A stretch of 63,044 nt of DNA, counting the filler, from Guillardia theta CCMP2712 (lineage: Eukaryota > Protista > Cryptophyta): the NCBI RefSeq assembly GCF_000315625.1. It is 3 parts of 3 records of this genome, joined end to end, with 100 filler letters (N's around TTAATTAATTAA, not from the genome) between each part and the next. Parts side by side here need not be neighbours in the genome. Positions count along the whole stretch, not along the records: positions 59,770 to 63,044 come from NW_005434150.1; 2 more parts are not named here. One strand, written 5' to 3'. Of this stretch, positions 62,515 through 63,044 are shown one piece after another. Position numbers and translations under genes: made by a program. Position 1 is the stretch's first letter. Each line of letters starts with the position of its first letter. The notes beneath the pieces were generated by a model. It saw nothing but the letters and a program-made list of their open reading frames with translations. It was not told where the DNA came from and made no database searches.

Positions 62515-63044
62515 TTGAGTCGATGAACCTGTGTCAAAATCATGATCATTTTCACTTTGACATGTCGAACAACTGCATCACCTCTTTGACTCCAGCATGG
62601 CAGGCAGACACTGAAACAGCTGTGCCGCCATGATCCGTGATTGTTTGCTGCTTCTGATTGATTCCCATACAAGTGATTGTTTGTACTGTTGACTTGATTG
62701 GGTAAATCTTGATCGACAGTAACTTCCTCTAGCTGTGGATAGATCCTGACGGGGCCATGCACAAAAGCCATAGCTACCCACTTGTTACCCAAGTGGACAG
62801 GTTACCAATGTATCCCAACGAGCCCACCGATATTGTTGAACTAGTTTCCCATTTCACAGCTGCTTAATTGTTTGAGATTGGCAGTACATTCAAGGAAATC
62901 TCTGATGTAGTCCTAAAACCAATCGTTGTTTTACACCCCCAACAAATGTTTTCTTTCATCTGTCCCCGTTTACAAATATTCACCTTTGTTTCCCCCTTAT
63001 TTCTCCTCTCCTCTCCTCTCCTCTCCTCTCTCCTCCTCTCTCCT

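Overview
Eukaryotic nuclear DNA from a draft assembly: six 100-nt N gaps, two holding the artificial all-frame stop linker TTAATTAATTAA, so the window is probably three joined pieces (1-30618, 30719-59669, 59770-63044). Genes are intron-rich, with many short introns plus longer ones filled with microsatellites. A bipartite signal+Phe plastid presequence and the gene families present suggest an alga with a complex red plastid, most likely a cryptophyte (inference). Genes assembled by hand from exons: a hypothetical protein; a Ycf45/SpoIIIAA-like ATPase with an RGG N-terminus; a plastid-targeted omega-3/omega-6 desaturase with a 1-nt frameshift in its presequence; a secreted DxD glycosyltransferase-like protein; a GAF + cNMP-binding-like + RWP-RK transcription factor; a large LRR/Calx-beta/EGF/C-type-lectin protein; a CAMK-type kinase with a C-terminal cNMP-binding domain; a guanylate-binding protein with a giant coiled coil; a PDZ protein next to an orphan HECT C-terminal fragment; FPP synthase; a full-size ABCA transporter; and a TIR-like + multi-TM + RelA/SpoT-like nucleotidyltransferase protein. 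The last is the best candidate for an undescribed signalling or immune system. The non-coding DNA has its own recurring structure: GGGGT/ACCCC-rich blocks about 0.4-0.7 kb upstream of six gene starts, four of them accompanied by a CCGG-rich block. No rRNA, tRNA, CRISPR array or intact transposon was recognised. Domain calls come from motif recognition by eye, and exon boundaries are manual and approximate.
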